57,047 nucleotides of DNA from Gammaproteobacteria bacterium. Its GTDB lineage: Bacteria > Pseudomonadota > Gammaproteobacteria > SZUA-21. A model generated the notes under the pieces. It searched no databases and had not been told where the DNA came from. It saw only the letters and a program-made list of their open reading frames with translations. The stretch is from assembly GCA_003233345.1 (NCBI GenBank), contig QILK01000102.1, forward strand, positions 1 through 57,047, in the 5' to 3' direction. Made by a program: the position numbers and the translations under genes. This document shows, one piece after another, positions 31,988 through 45,456 of the stretch. Position 1 is the first letter of the stretch; every line of letters starts with the position of its first letter.

Positions 31988-33322
31988 ATGAAATCATTGT
32001 TTGATCGCCTGCTACCTGAATTTATAAAGCTGAAAAAAAGTTTAACTGCAAATCAATTTGATACTTATACCGTCGCCTATAGCGGCGGATTGGACTCAAG
32101 CGTGTTATTGCATTTAAGCTTACAGATTAGTAAAAAGACCGGTATACGCTTAAAAGCTATTCATATCAATCATGGTTTAAGCCCGTTGTCAGATCAATGG
32201 GCACAACATTGCCAGTGGGTCTGTCAGCAAGAAAATATTTCGCTGCAGGTTATTGGTGTCAATGGGCAATCCAGTGCAGGTGAAAGCCCGGAAGCGGCCG
32301 CACGTCACGCCAGATATTCAGCACTTAAAACAGCGCTGTCCAGCAATGAGTTATTGTTATTCGCACAACATCAGGATGACCAGGCAGAAACATTATTGTT
32401 ACAATTATTACGGGGTGCCGGACCCAAAGGCTTGGCATCAATGGCCGTTATCCGTGATTTTGGCAAAGGAAAATTGTATCGGCCCTTTCTTGATGTCGAG
32501 CAAAAAGTACTAGCAGAATACGCTAAATTGAATAAGTTGCAGTGGGTTGAGGATGACAGTAATCATAATACCAAATTCGATAGAAATTATTTGCGTCATC
32601 AGGTAATACCGCAAATCAAACAACGTTGGCCTTCGATGGCAACAACGCTATCGAGAAGCGCCAGACTTTGTGCCCAGGCGGCTCACCTCGAATCACGCCT
32701 GGGGAAAAAATTGTTGCCAGAAGTGCTCGGGGACACAGCGCATATTATTAATATAGACAGGTTAAGGCAATACGAGACACACGAGCAAACGCTGATTATT
32801 AGACACTGGGTAGCAAAGTCGGGAAGACAGGTGCCCAATGAAAAGCATATTCAACAATTGTTTGGCAAAGTGCTAGATGCACGGACAGATGCAACGCCAG
32901 TATTGACCTGGCAAGCTGGTGAGATCAGACGTCATAAGCGCCACCTATATTTAATGTCACCGATAACACAACCGAGAATTAACCTTCATTATCAATGGAC
33001 CCCAACGAGACCATTGCCATTGCCTTGTATCGGTAAGCAATTAGATTCTAAATATGTATTAGGCGAGGGCTTGGATGCCAAGCACTGTGAGCATGGATTT
33101 GAGGTTCTTTTTAGGTTAAATAGTGAGCAGTGTATTGGTAAAAATGGGTGTCTTCAAAGTCTGAAAAAAATACTACAGAATCTTGATATCCCCCCGTGGG
33201 AGCGGTACCGGTTACCGTTATTAATCAATGCTGGCCATGTGATTGCGGTTGGGGGGTATTGGGTTTCACCTGAGTACCAAGCACAGAAAGATCAATGGGG
33301 ATACAAATTAATATTATCCTGA
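31988..33322 (+). CDS. tilS: tRNA(Ile)-lysidine synthetase
   Basis: AYSGGLDSSVLL, HINHGL, ARHARY, HQDDQAETLLL, RNYLRH. Confidence 0.97.
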   Translation: MKSLFDRLLPEFIKLKKSLTANQFDTYTVAYSGGLDSSVLLHLSLQISKKTGIRLKAIHINHGLSPLSDQWAQHCQWVCQQENISLQVIGVNGQSSAGESPEAAARHARYSALKTALSSNELLLFAQHQDDQAETLLLQLLRGAGPKGLASMAVIRDFGKGKLYRPFLDVEQKVLAEYAKLNKLQWVEDDSNHNTKFDRNYLRHQVIPQIKQRWPSMATTLSRSARLCAQAAHLESRLGKKLLPEVLGDTAHIINIDRLRQYETHEQTLIIRHWVAKSGRQVPNEKHIQQLFGKVLDARTDATPVLTWQAGEIRRHKRHLYLMSPITQPRINLHYQWTPTRPLPLPCIGKQLDSKYVLGEGLDAKHCEHGFEVLFRLNSEQCIGKNGCLQSLKKILQNLDIPPWERYRLPLLINAGHVIAVGGYWVSPEYQAQKDQWGYKLILS

Positions 33323-33455
33323 AATATTAGTATAATATGGTGGTATTGCGTTGATAGTTGGCTTGGCCTTGTTGAGTCCGGTTGGGTAATCTGGTATTTT
33401 ACTTTGCCTATAAGCTACACTTACCTTTTAATCAAACACGCAGGAAAGCAGAAAG

Positions 33456-33548
33456 GGGGACACTGATAACTTAATAACTTAAGGCTAGGGTTTTATGGAT
33501 TTAAGCTATCTAGTCTTAGTCTTAAGTTATTAAGTTATCAGTGTCCCC
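33456..33548. repeat. Family B palindrome (tilS-pyrG)
   Basis: Perfect 28-bp inverted repeat GGGGACACTGATAACTTAATAACTTAAG (33456-33483 / 33521-33548). Confidence 0.92.
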
Positions 33549-33555
33549 TCTATAA

Positions 33556-36038
<2,483 letters not shown>

Positions 36039-36042
36039 GAGC

Positions 36043-36068
36043 GGGGACACGATAAGTTAGTAATCTAA
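36043..36068. repeat. Family B half-arm immediately after the kdsA stop
   Basis: GGGGACACGATAAGTTAGTAATCTAA, a degenerate left arm. Confidence 0.7.
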
Positions 36069-36478
36069 CAGATCTTCACAAAATTCGTCTGATTTTGAGC
36101 CAAATCGGAGATCTGTCGAAAAGCGGTAACTAAGTCTTTCGACAAAAAAATCTGACCAGCGACTGTTTTTAACAACCCAGTAATACTCGTACCAAAATCC
36201 ATTTTTTATTTTTTCTATCGATAATACTAGGAGGCCAAGTTAGTTATGATTGGTAATTTCAAAATATTGGAATATATTTTTGCGTGTCTATTTAAGAACC
36301 CATCTATACACTGTTGTATAAAAAACATCAAAGGTTTTACTAAAAAATACTCGTAAAAAAATTTGCGAAATCCCGTATGTCAGTGATAAAATTGTGTTAC
36401 TTCTGCGGTAATAAAATGACCTAAATAAAAACCGTACTCTACCACTCAGCTATATACTAAGTATATGTATACTAATAT

Positions 36479-39388
36479 ATGTCAAAAAGAAAACTGTACA
36501 CAGTTGCAATCATCACCAGTGCCATAATCATCTTTTTTGTTACTTTTCCTGAACTAAAGATAAAGACAGCAGAAAAACCCGTGCCTTTTCAAAAACTTTT
36601 AAAGGTTGATCAGAAAACCATGGCAATGTGGGTTAGGCGAATGAAAAATTTGTCACGGGGCCCATTTTCCCGAATTCGCTGGTTTTGCAGGGATGGAACG
36701 ATTCTTGAGCCAGGCCCCTATGCTTGCTCAAAACACGGTGGTGGCGTGCAACATGGTGAGTGGACCTTGGAAATAAAATCCATGCGTGCAGAAGGTTACC
36801 TATTGGCAAATATATTAGTCAAGGTTGATCCTGTGAAATTAACAACCACAAACAAGGGTCACCGGGAACTCACGCAGATACTACTGGAAAAATTTCTGAT
36901 TGCAATTGATGACGGTTGGATCTTTCGCCAGGCGCGACACTATCGCGGCAGCTTGCATGACGAGTCTGAGAATAAAGCGGCCAGAAAAATTCTGCTTGAC
37001 TTACTCGACAATACAAACTCAGGTATTCGAAATTATCTGTTGTTGCGCAGTGCCGTACGCTGGTTACCTCACACGACCACTACACCCTTGGTAACCGATA
37101 TTCGGCAAATGTCGACGGAGTTGTTTAAGAACGATCCGTCATTCGAGCCGTTGCGCAATAAACTACACACTTTACCGGATGCCAGAGACGCAAAACGAGT
37201 ACGCGATTATGCAGAAAAATACAGGGTCGCGTTGAATTCAAGCCAGTATTCTGAGTTAGCAGGGAAAATCGATAAGTTATACAAATCGGATGATATTGAT
37301 GAACGATTACCGGGTTTATTCGACCTGCTTGAAAACCACGAGCAGGTGTCAAAACCCCACAAGAAAAAGATACAAAAGAGTAAAAAAGCATTAACTAAAC
37401 GCAAGAATAATGAAAAGCGCTTTATCGCTTACAGCCAGCTACTAGCTTATCTTCGACACTATTTAAAATTGTTTGGCAATTCAACCGAACAGCTATCCGT
37501 ACTGGATCACAGTCTCGCGATTGAGCGTTCGACTTTTGCCACGGGCACAGCACTTTTACAAAAACTCGGATATACAAGTAAACGTAAGCGCTTGCGCTGG
37601 CTGGCAGCATCAAATAACGCACTCTACGGTATTGGGTTGCTAACGCAACGTCAGTACAATGAGGTTGATGAGACAATCGTGCGCTTAAGCAAAGGCAGGG
37701 TTTCCTTCGCTGATTACCGCAAGGAATTACGTTATCTTTCACGGGTACCCGCATGGGCCCATCGACGGATGCGATTTCACTACGCACAGTCGATTAATGT
37801 ACTAACTCGAATAGAACCCAAGGCACAAATATTTATACCGGAGCAGCTGCGGGGTAGTGTGCTGCTGGTCTATACATCCGTTCTGGATAGCCTGGTCAAA
37901 GATGCGGATCGTAGAGCCGGGGTCAGTAATAATTTGTTTGGTACTTCGGTGGGCATGGGGTTAAGAGCACTAAACCCTGGAGTGGCAAGAGGTGTATTAC
38001 GCATACCCGGCAAAAACGAGTCTCCAGAATCATTTAAAGCGGATGGGATCTATCTTTTGCCTGCAACCACTGAAAAATTAAGTCGAGTTGCTGGCATATT
38101 GACGTTAGGCGAAGGCAATGCACTATCACATGTACAGCTTTTGGCGGCCAATCTGGGCATTCCAAATGTTGTTGTTGACAGGAAACTACTATCAAGCTTC
38201 CAGGCCAATGTCGGAAAACGTGTGGTATTGATAGTAAAACCCGACGGGTCGGTGCAACTGGAAGCCGATGGGCCGCAATGGGACACCGTTTTTAAAAAAG
38301 TACGCACTAAAAAAGACTCTGTCATTAAACCAAACTTGCACAAGCTTAACCTGTCTCAGCGTCACTTACTGCGCCTGAAACAGTTACGTGCCAGTGATTC
38401 CGGACGTATCGCTGGCCCTAAAGCCAGTAATTTGGGCGAACTAAAATATCATTTTCCCAATCAGGTAGCCGATGGTATTGTGATTCCATTTGGTGTTTTT
38501 CGTCAGTTACTGAATCAGGAAATGGAAACGGATGGCCCAACCGTTTTCCAATGGATTCAGAAACAACACAAAATGATTCGTGCGATGCCTGAGGGACAGG
38601 CCAGAGCAAAAGCGGAAAAAAGATTTCTGAAAAAATTAAGCAAGTGGATACGATACGCAGACCCAGGTAATCAATTTCGGAAAAAACTTAAGGTAAAATT
38701 GCGTCAAGTATTTGGTAAAAATCGTAGCTATTCTCTGTTTGTCCGCAGCGATACCAATATTGAAGACCTGCCGAACTTTACCGGAGCCGGGTTAAATTTA
38801 ACGGTGCCAAACGTTAAGGGTTTTAATAAAATACTGGATGCCATTTCCCGTGTTTGGGCATCGCCGTTTACCAACCGAGCTTATTCGTGGCGACAAAAAC
38901 ATATGGACAAACCAGAACATGTTTATGTGTCCATACTTTTAATGAGAACCGTGCCTGTCAATAAATCAGGCGTAATGGTGACCATGGACGTACAAACAGG
39001 TGACAAGAACTGGTTGTCGATCGCGACTAATGAAGGTATCGGTGGTGTTGTCTCGGGTCAATCAGCGGAGGAACTACGCGTAAATGTTAATACAGGCAAG
39101 GTTAGACTGATTTCAGAGTCGACATCAACCTTTCGTAACGTGCCCAATGATGGCGGCGGGCTCAAAAAAGTACCCGTGCATGGAAAGAAAAAAATATTGA
39201 CAAAACCGGAGCTGAACCAGTTACTACGCCTAAAGAAAACATTGTCGAAGAAATTTCCGCTGGTAGATGCGCAAGGAAAAGAAGTGCCGGTTGATGTGGA
39301 ATTCGGATTTCATAATGGAAACTTGGCGCTGTTTCAAATACGGCCCTATGTACGTAGTAAACACGCAAAGAAAAAATCAGGAAAATAA
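36479..39388 (+). CDS. Putative exported dikinase-like protein: large N-terminal domain + phospho-His swivel domain + C-terminal PPDK/PEP-synthase-type nucleotide-binding (ATP-grasp) domain
   Basis: N-terminal MSKRK plus a hydrophobic helix; GILTLGEGNALSHVQLLAANLGIP (swivel, His551); GPKASNLGEL, VRSDTNIEDLPNFTGAG, VWASPFT, SGVMVT, DVEFGF...FQIRP. No PEP/pyruvate TIM barrel. Confidence 0.8.
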   Translation: MSKRKLYTVAIITSAIIIFFVTFPELKIKTAEKPVPFQKLLKVDQKTMAMWVRRMKNLSRGPFSRIRWFCRDGTILEPGPYACSKHGGGVQHGEWTLEIKSMRAEGYLLANILVKVDPVKLTTTNKGHRELTQILLEKFLIAIDDGWIFRQARHYRGSLHDESENKAARKILLDLLDNTNSGIRNYLLLRSAVRWLPHTTTTPLVTDIRQMSTELFKNDPSFEPLRNKLHTLPDARDAKRVRDYAEKYRVALNSSQYSELAGKIDKLYKSDDIDERLPGLFDLLENHEQVSKPHKKKIQKSKKALTKRKNNEKRFIAYSQLLAYLRHYLKLFGNSTEQLSVLDHSLAIERSTFATGTALLQKLGYTSKRKRLRWLAASNNALYGIGLLTQRQYNEVDETIVRLSKGRVSFADYRKELRYLSRVPAWAHRRMRFHYAQSINVLTRIEPKAQIFIPEQLRGSVLLVYTSVLDSLVKDADRRAGVSNNLFGTSVGMGLRALNPGVARGVLRIPGKNESPESFKADGIYLLPATTEKLSRVAGILTLGEGNALSHVQLLAANLGIPNVVVDRKLLSSFQANVGKRVVLIVKPDGSVQLEADGPQWDTVFKKVRTKKDSVIKPNLHKLNLSQRHLLRLKQLRASDSGRIAGPKASNLGELKYHFPNQVADGIVIPFGVFRQLLNQEMETDGPTVFQWIQKQHKMIRAMPEGQARAKAEKRFLKKLSKWIRYADPGNQFRKKLKVKLRQVFGKNRSYSLFVRSDTNIEDLPNFTGAGLNLTVPNVKGFNKILDAISRVWASPFTNRAYSWRQKHMDKPEHVYVSILLMRTVPVNKSGVMVTMDVQTGDKNWLSIATNEGIGGVVSGQSAEELRVNVNTGKVRLISESTSTFRNVPNDGGGLKKVPVHGKKKILTKPELNQLLRLKKTLSKKFPLVDAQGKEVPVDVEFGFHNGNLALFQIRPYVRSKHAKKKSGK

Positions 39389-39402
39389 GGGAGATTAAAT
39401 CA

Positions 39403-40662
39403 ATGCGAACTTTGCTTACCGTGATCACGACGGTATTTTTTTCATGTGCAACATGGGCCTATCCTCTGGACGGATATAACTATACCGGCATCAAACGACT
39501 GGAAGGTTACCGCCTTGTGCAGAAAAAAAAGATACGCGGTAATTTTGTACCCCGTGGCAGCCGTATGAAAATGCGAAATGTCAGACTACGCTTACATAAC
39601 AACAATTTTGAGCTGCCAAAGACTGATCCGGTTTTTACAAAAAAAATCGTCGATCTTTTGGGTGAGGATAAAGACAAGTATGGTATTGCCATCCTTGATC
39701 TGAGTCGATTAGACAAGATCGCTTATGCAGAATATAACGCAAACAGGCATATCACCCCTGCGAGTGTCGGCAAGGTCGCTGTGGTGACCGCAATATTCAA
39801 TGAATTAGCAAAACACTATCCAGGCGATACCGGTTCGAGAGAACGTATATTACGAACGGCGACCGTTACTGCTGATCGATTTATCAAACGGGATACTCAT
39901 CAGGTACCGTTTTGGGAGAAGGGCCAGAAAGAGGTGTCCTATCGGGAACTGCGCATTGGCGATAAGGCCAGCTTGTGGACCTTTATGGACTGGATGTTAT
40001 CGGCCAGTTCAAATGCGGCAGCGTCGATGGTTGTTAAAAACGCGATTTTGCTAAATCATTTTGGTAAGCGTTATCCGGTGGATGATAAGCAAACCGCGAT
40101 TTTTTTTAACGAGACACCGAAAAAGTCACTCACACAGATATTTCAGCGTTCAATGACAGAGGGTTTAAAAAAGAGTGGTATAAACACAGCGAAGTTTCGG
40201 CAAGGTAGTTTTTTTACGCGTGGTGGTAAAAATGCTGTACCAGGTTTTGGAAGCAGGGCGACTGCGCGTGAACTTATGCGATATTTATTGTACCTGGAGC
40301 AGGGCAGAATAATCGATGTCTTTAGCAGTCGTGAGATCAAGCGTTTACTGTATATGACTCAGGGCCGCATTCGTTACGCGTCCCATGCCGTACTGGATAA
40401 ATCTGCGCTATATTTCAAATCAGGATCGATCTATCGATGTCATACGGATAAAAAAAAGCCCTGTAAAAAATATCAAGGCAATAAGCTTAATATTTTGAAT
40501 TCAATAGCGATTATAGAAACACCCGCTCGTAAAAGGCCGAAATTATTTTATATGGTTGTGGTGACATCAAATATACTAAACAAGCACTCGCCGACCGAGC
40601 ATCATAATCTGGCACTTAAGGTGCATCGACTAATCCAACAGAGATATCGTGACAACCGATGA
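39403..40662 (+). CDS. Exported serine hydrolase, class A beta-lactamase/PBP-like fold
   Basis: Signal peptide (TWA-Y); SxxK = SVGK (Ser121), SxN = SSN, K(T/S)G = KSG. Confidence 0.82.
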   Translation: MRTLLTVITTVFFSCATWAYPLDGYNYTGIKRLEGYRLVQKKKIRGNFVPRGSRMKMRNVRLRLHNNNFELPKTDPVFTKKIVDLLGEDKDKYGIAILDLSRLDKIAYAEYNANRHITPASVGKVAVVTAIFNELAKHYPGDTGSRERILRTATVTADRFIKRDTHQVPFWEKGQKEVSYRELRIGDKASLWTFMDWMLSASSNAAASMVVKNAILLNHFGKRYPVDDKQTAIFFNETPKKSLTQIFQRSMTEGLKKSGINTAKFRQGSFFTRGGKNAVPGFGSRATARELMRYLLYLEQGRIIDVFSSREIKRLLYMTQGRIRYASHAVLDKSALYFKSGSIYRCHTDKKKPCKKYQGNKLNILNSIAIIETPARKRPKLFYMVVVTSNILNKHSPTEHHNLALKVHRLIQQRYRDNR

Positions 40663-41562
40663 TGAAGAGAACGGCACAATGCGGACATGACGATGGGTAA
40701 TTAGATGGTCCATTTCAACGATTAAACGTCTCAACCAGTTGTCACCCTCTTTGTTATAAGCCAAAGCCACAGCAATATATCGATTGCCGTTACGTTCAAC
40801 GATTGCACTGTCTGCGTGGAAAGTTTTCCAGGTACCAGACTTCCTATAAATTTTTGAGCCTGGCTCGTGTGTATTAAGGCCATTGACAAACTTATGGTCA
40901 AAATCAGACCTGGCCAACGTGGCTTTCATTTTAGATGATAATTTGCGGGAAAGTAAACGTCCCGTTTGCAACATATAGTAGAAACGAGCCACCTGAAAGA
41001 CAGTTGCACCGTGCGACAGGTTATTCAGTGGGTCACGTCTCCAAGCAGCCGCCTTGCCATATTCCTTGCCCACCCACAATCCACCATTGAATGCCGGGTC
41101 GTAAAAGCGGTAAGGTTTGGACCGTAATAACCGGGCCAGATATTCTTTGCCTATGCGATTAAGGATACGGGTAGCGGCTGGATTAGATGAATAGCGAATC
41201 ATTTGTATTATTTCTTTACGCATGGCGCGATTCAGTTTTATCTCACCATTCTCAATCCGTTTAAACACACCAAACAGAATTGCAATTTTGGGTAAGCTTG
41301 CCGCATACATCATATGATTTGCGTTAATGGCTGCGATTCTGGGGTTATCGATTTCGGTGATGTCCACCAGCGCGACGCTTAACTGACCCAGATTAGCCGC
41401 ATGACGAAGCCCCAGTTTGTCGATTGACTTTTCAAGTCCTTGTTGAAGTTTGCTATCATAGCTATTGGCCAGCTTGGGAAAATTGCTTTCAGCAAAAGCT
41501 GTCGTAGTCGCAATAGAGGACACAACGGGAATGATGACAAAATGCAAAATATGTTTAAGCAT
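40630..41562 (-). CDS. Exported serine hydrolase, class A beta-lactamase-like
   Basis: Signal peptide (AFA-E); SLPK, SSN and KSG motifs. Start 41562 or 41583. Confidence 0.85.
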   Translation of the reverse strand: MLKHILHFVIIPVVSSIATTTAFAESNFPKLANSYDSKLQQGLEKSIDKLGLRHAANLGQLSVALVDITEIDNPRIAAINANHMMYAASLPKIAILFGVFKRIENGEIKLNRAMRKEIIQMIRYSSNPAATRILNRIGKEYLARLLRSKPYRFYDPAFNGGLWVGKEYGKAAAWRRDPLNNLSHGATVFQVARFYYMLQTGRLLSRKLSSKMKATLARSDFDHKFVNGLNTHEPGSKIYRKSGTWKTFHADSAIVERNGNRYIAVALAYNKEGDNWLRRLIVEMDHLITHRHVRIVPFSSSSVVTISLLD

Positions 41563-41615
41563 TGAATGTATAAGTATAGACAAAGTTACCGCTTTTAAAC
41601 CAGTCTTAAAAAACT

Positions 41616-42866
41616 ATGTGTAATCGATTATCTGCCGACAACAGCCCTGATTTGTCCAGGGTTTTTTTACGTTCAATATTATTGTTTGCCAATTTTTTCC
41701 TGATCATCATGGCGCTATATCATCTAAAACCGGCCAGTCGATCATTAATTCTGGAATCCCATGGTTCGAGCGCTTTACCTTACATCTGGATTGGCTCAGC
41801 GTTATCTTTATTGATTATCATTTCTATCTATCATCATATTCTAAATCGTTTCGGTCGTCTTCAAGTAGTACTGGGTACCTGTTTGACCTTTTGTATTTTT
41901 TTGATCTTGTTCCGTCTGATGTTAATCAGTACTGGAAAATTTGCACCCGTCGCGTTTTATATCTTTGTCGACATACTGGGTGTCATACTGGTTGAGCAGT
42001 TTTGGAGCCTGGCCAACAGTGTTTATAGTACAGAAGAAGGTAAACGTTGGTATGGTATTGTGGGTACCGGCGGCCTTATTGGTGGTATGGTTGGCGGGGG
42101 TATCGCTGCGATGATTGTCAGTTTCACGCCGCTGCAGACGCCAGATTTATTATTGGTTGCCGTTTTGATTATTGCTGCCACCTTTGCATTGACCATCAAA
42201 ATGGCACGAATGGGCCTATATATTCAGGCAGAAATTCACGCGGCGAAGATTAACAGTCATGGTGGCTGGCAAGCACTGTTTCAAAGTCATTATCTGGTTT
42301 TGATCGCCGGTGCATTATTAATTGCACAATTGGTGTCACCACTTGTCGAATATCAGTTTTTGAGAATGATTGAAGGTCTGTATCCAGATCGCGAGGAACG
42401 AACGGCGGTTCTATCAGTATTTTTCAGTATTCTCAGCGGCGTATCCATTGCTGTCAACCTTGTTCTGACGCCATTGGTATTACGTTACGTCGGTGTGTTG
42501 GCAGGCCTTCTGACACAACCCCTTATATTGGCCACCGCTACCTACGGGTTTTTGAGTTACCCCGGATTGTTATCCGCAGCGACCATGAAAATCAGCGATC
42601 GGGGTTTGTCCTATTCGATAAACCGTGCAGCCAAAGAACTGCTCTATATACCCGTCGATCCGACTATCATATACCAGGCAAAAGCCTGGATAGACATGTT
42701 TGGCTACCGCATATTTAAAGTATTAGGCTCGATGCTGATATTGTTACTGACTCAGTGGTCTAGCCTTGTGAAGGGTTATTTTGGACTAAGCGTTGTAATT
42801 ATTTTCGGATGTATGATTTGGGTGATGATCCTATTGGTTCTGCATAGGGAATATAAAAAATTATAA
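41616..42866 (+). CDS. Npt1/Npt2 (TLC, ATP/ADP translocase-like) nucleotide transporter, stand-alone
   Basis: About 11-12 TM; YHLKPASRSL, EQFWSLANS, EGKRWYG, LSYSINRAAKELLYIP, KAWIDMF. Confidence 0.8.
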   Translation: MCNRLSADNSPDLSRVFLRSILLFANFFLIIMALYHLKPASRSLILESHGSSALPYIWIGSALSLLIIISIYHHILNRFGRLQVVLGTCLTFCIFLILFRLMLISTGKFAPVAFYIFVDILGVILVEQFWSLANSVYSTEEGKRWYGIVGTGGLIGGMVGGGIAAMIVSFTPLQTPDLLLVAVLIIAATFALTIKMARMGLYIQAEIHAAKINSHGGWQALFQSHYLVLIAGALLIAQLVSPLVEYQFLRMIEGLYPDREERTAVLSVFFSILSGVSIAVNLVLTPLVLRYVGVLAGLLTQPLILATATYGFLSYPGLLSAATMKISDRGLSYSINRAAKELLYIPVDPTIIYQAKAWIDMFGYRIFKVLGSMLILLLTQWSSLVKGYFGLSVVIIFGCMIWVMILLVLHREYKKL

Positions 42867-43102
42867 TACGATTGAAAAAGATGAGTCGTTAGAGGTCCCT
42901 GCGAACCGATTATAAGGAAAAAGACAAGGTTAGCTTAGGACTAAGAGACCATGGGGAAAATAGTAAAAGAGGGAGGTGTGATTTGTATGGCGGAGCACCT
43001 GTTACCTTTAACAGAAAAAACAGCGGTAATCCCGATTGGGTTGCTTTAAAAAGTAAATTTTCCGGCTGGCTGGCATAGGTCTCATTGGGGGACACTGCAA
43101 GC

Positions 43103-43732
43103 CTATTTTTTTGGTATTTTAGTATTGCTTTCGATTTGTAAGATTTTATTTCTTAGGTTAACTGCACCGACACAAGCAGCGCCTTTGGGGTCAGATGTGC
43201 AAACTTTCTTAAGTGTCGACAGTGCTAAATCTGTGTTTTGTTTAACCCCAATACCTTGATAGATATTTAGCGCATTCATAGTACATGCCCAAGGATCATT
43301 CCGTTCGCATGCTGTTTTAAATGTACGGGCTGCGCAGGTTTGCTTTGCTTTATCTTTTCCTGCGTATTTCATAATTCCAGCAGCGCGGTTGGTACAACCT
43401 GATGTAACGCCCAGTTTGCAAGAACGCTGATAAAGCGCTTCTGAAACCACATTGTCTAATTTATTTTCCTGGACAGCTCTTGCTAACGCGTAACAGGCAT
43501 TGCCATCATCTTTTTTACACTTATTAATGCACCACTTCATATCTGCTTTACATTTTTCTGGCCCATAACTTAATTTAGTCTCGTGCTTGGGGGTAATATC
43601 CGCAGGACATTGTTGATATGGAAATAGCCATCCCGGTTTTTTCCTAAGTTCTGCCAGTGAAGTTTCTTTCTCACTTGCTCCAATTGCTGGCACAAATATA
43701 ATAGCGAGTATTAAAATCAGTAATTTATTCAT
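43103..43732 (-). CDS. Secreted cysteine-rich Sel1-like/Hcp-type repeat protein
   Basis: Signal peptide MNKLLILILAIIFVPAIGA; 12 Cys including C-x7-C pairs (CKKDDGNAC, CKLGVTSGC, CERNDPWAC); GIGVKQN. Confidence 0.75.
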   Translation of the reverse strand: MNKLLILILAIIFVPAIGASEKETSLAELRKKPGWLFPYQQCPADITPKHETKLSYGPEKCKADMKWCINKCKKDDGNACYALARAVQENKLDNVVSEALYQRSCKLGVTSGCTNRAAGIMKYAGKDKAKQTCAARTFKTACERNDPWACTMNALNIYQGIGVKQNTDLALSTLKKVCTSDPKGAACVGAVNLRNKILQIESNTKIPKK

Positions 43733-44017
43733 AGCTTTGCCGTACAAATTTAATTGTTGAAAATATATCATATTTTAGAATAGCGAGGACGCCAAGACAA
43801 CCAGCAAATTAAAGCGCATAAATAACTTGGTTAAAAGTTATAATAGGCTCATCATTAATATGAATAATTCGAGATCGATACACTTGTCCAGAAACCCTTG
43901 TAATAGACGTTTTGGAACTGGATTTTCCGAGAGAAGAGATAGATACTATATTAAAAGAAGTAGCAAAGGGTTTACTTCCGCTATCGTAAACGGCGAGTCA
44001 AGAGCATTCGCTGCTAA

Positions 44018-45322
<1,305 letters not shown>

Positions 45323-45456
45323 TGTCTCCCTTTATTTCTTAATGAGTTTGAGTAATAATTATTAGTCGTGGGACTAAATAGCTATATGACGATCGATATA
45401 TAAATATCTATACTTTACTTAAACATTAGATCTTGTTGGGAGATCAACCAGTTATT

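Noticed and set aside
42870-43100. 61-aa ORF or IS end between the Npt and Sel1 genes
   Set aside because: No motif and no terminal inverted repeats; only a short family B fragment is recognisable.
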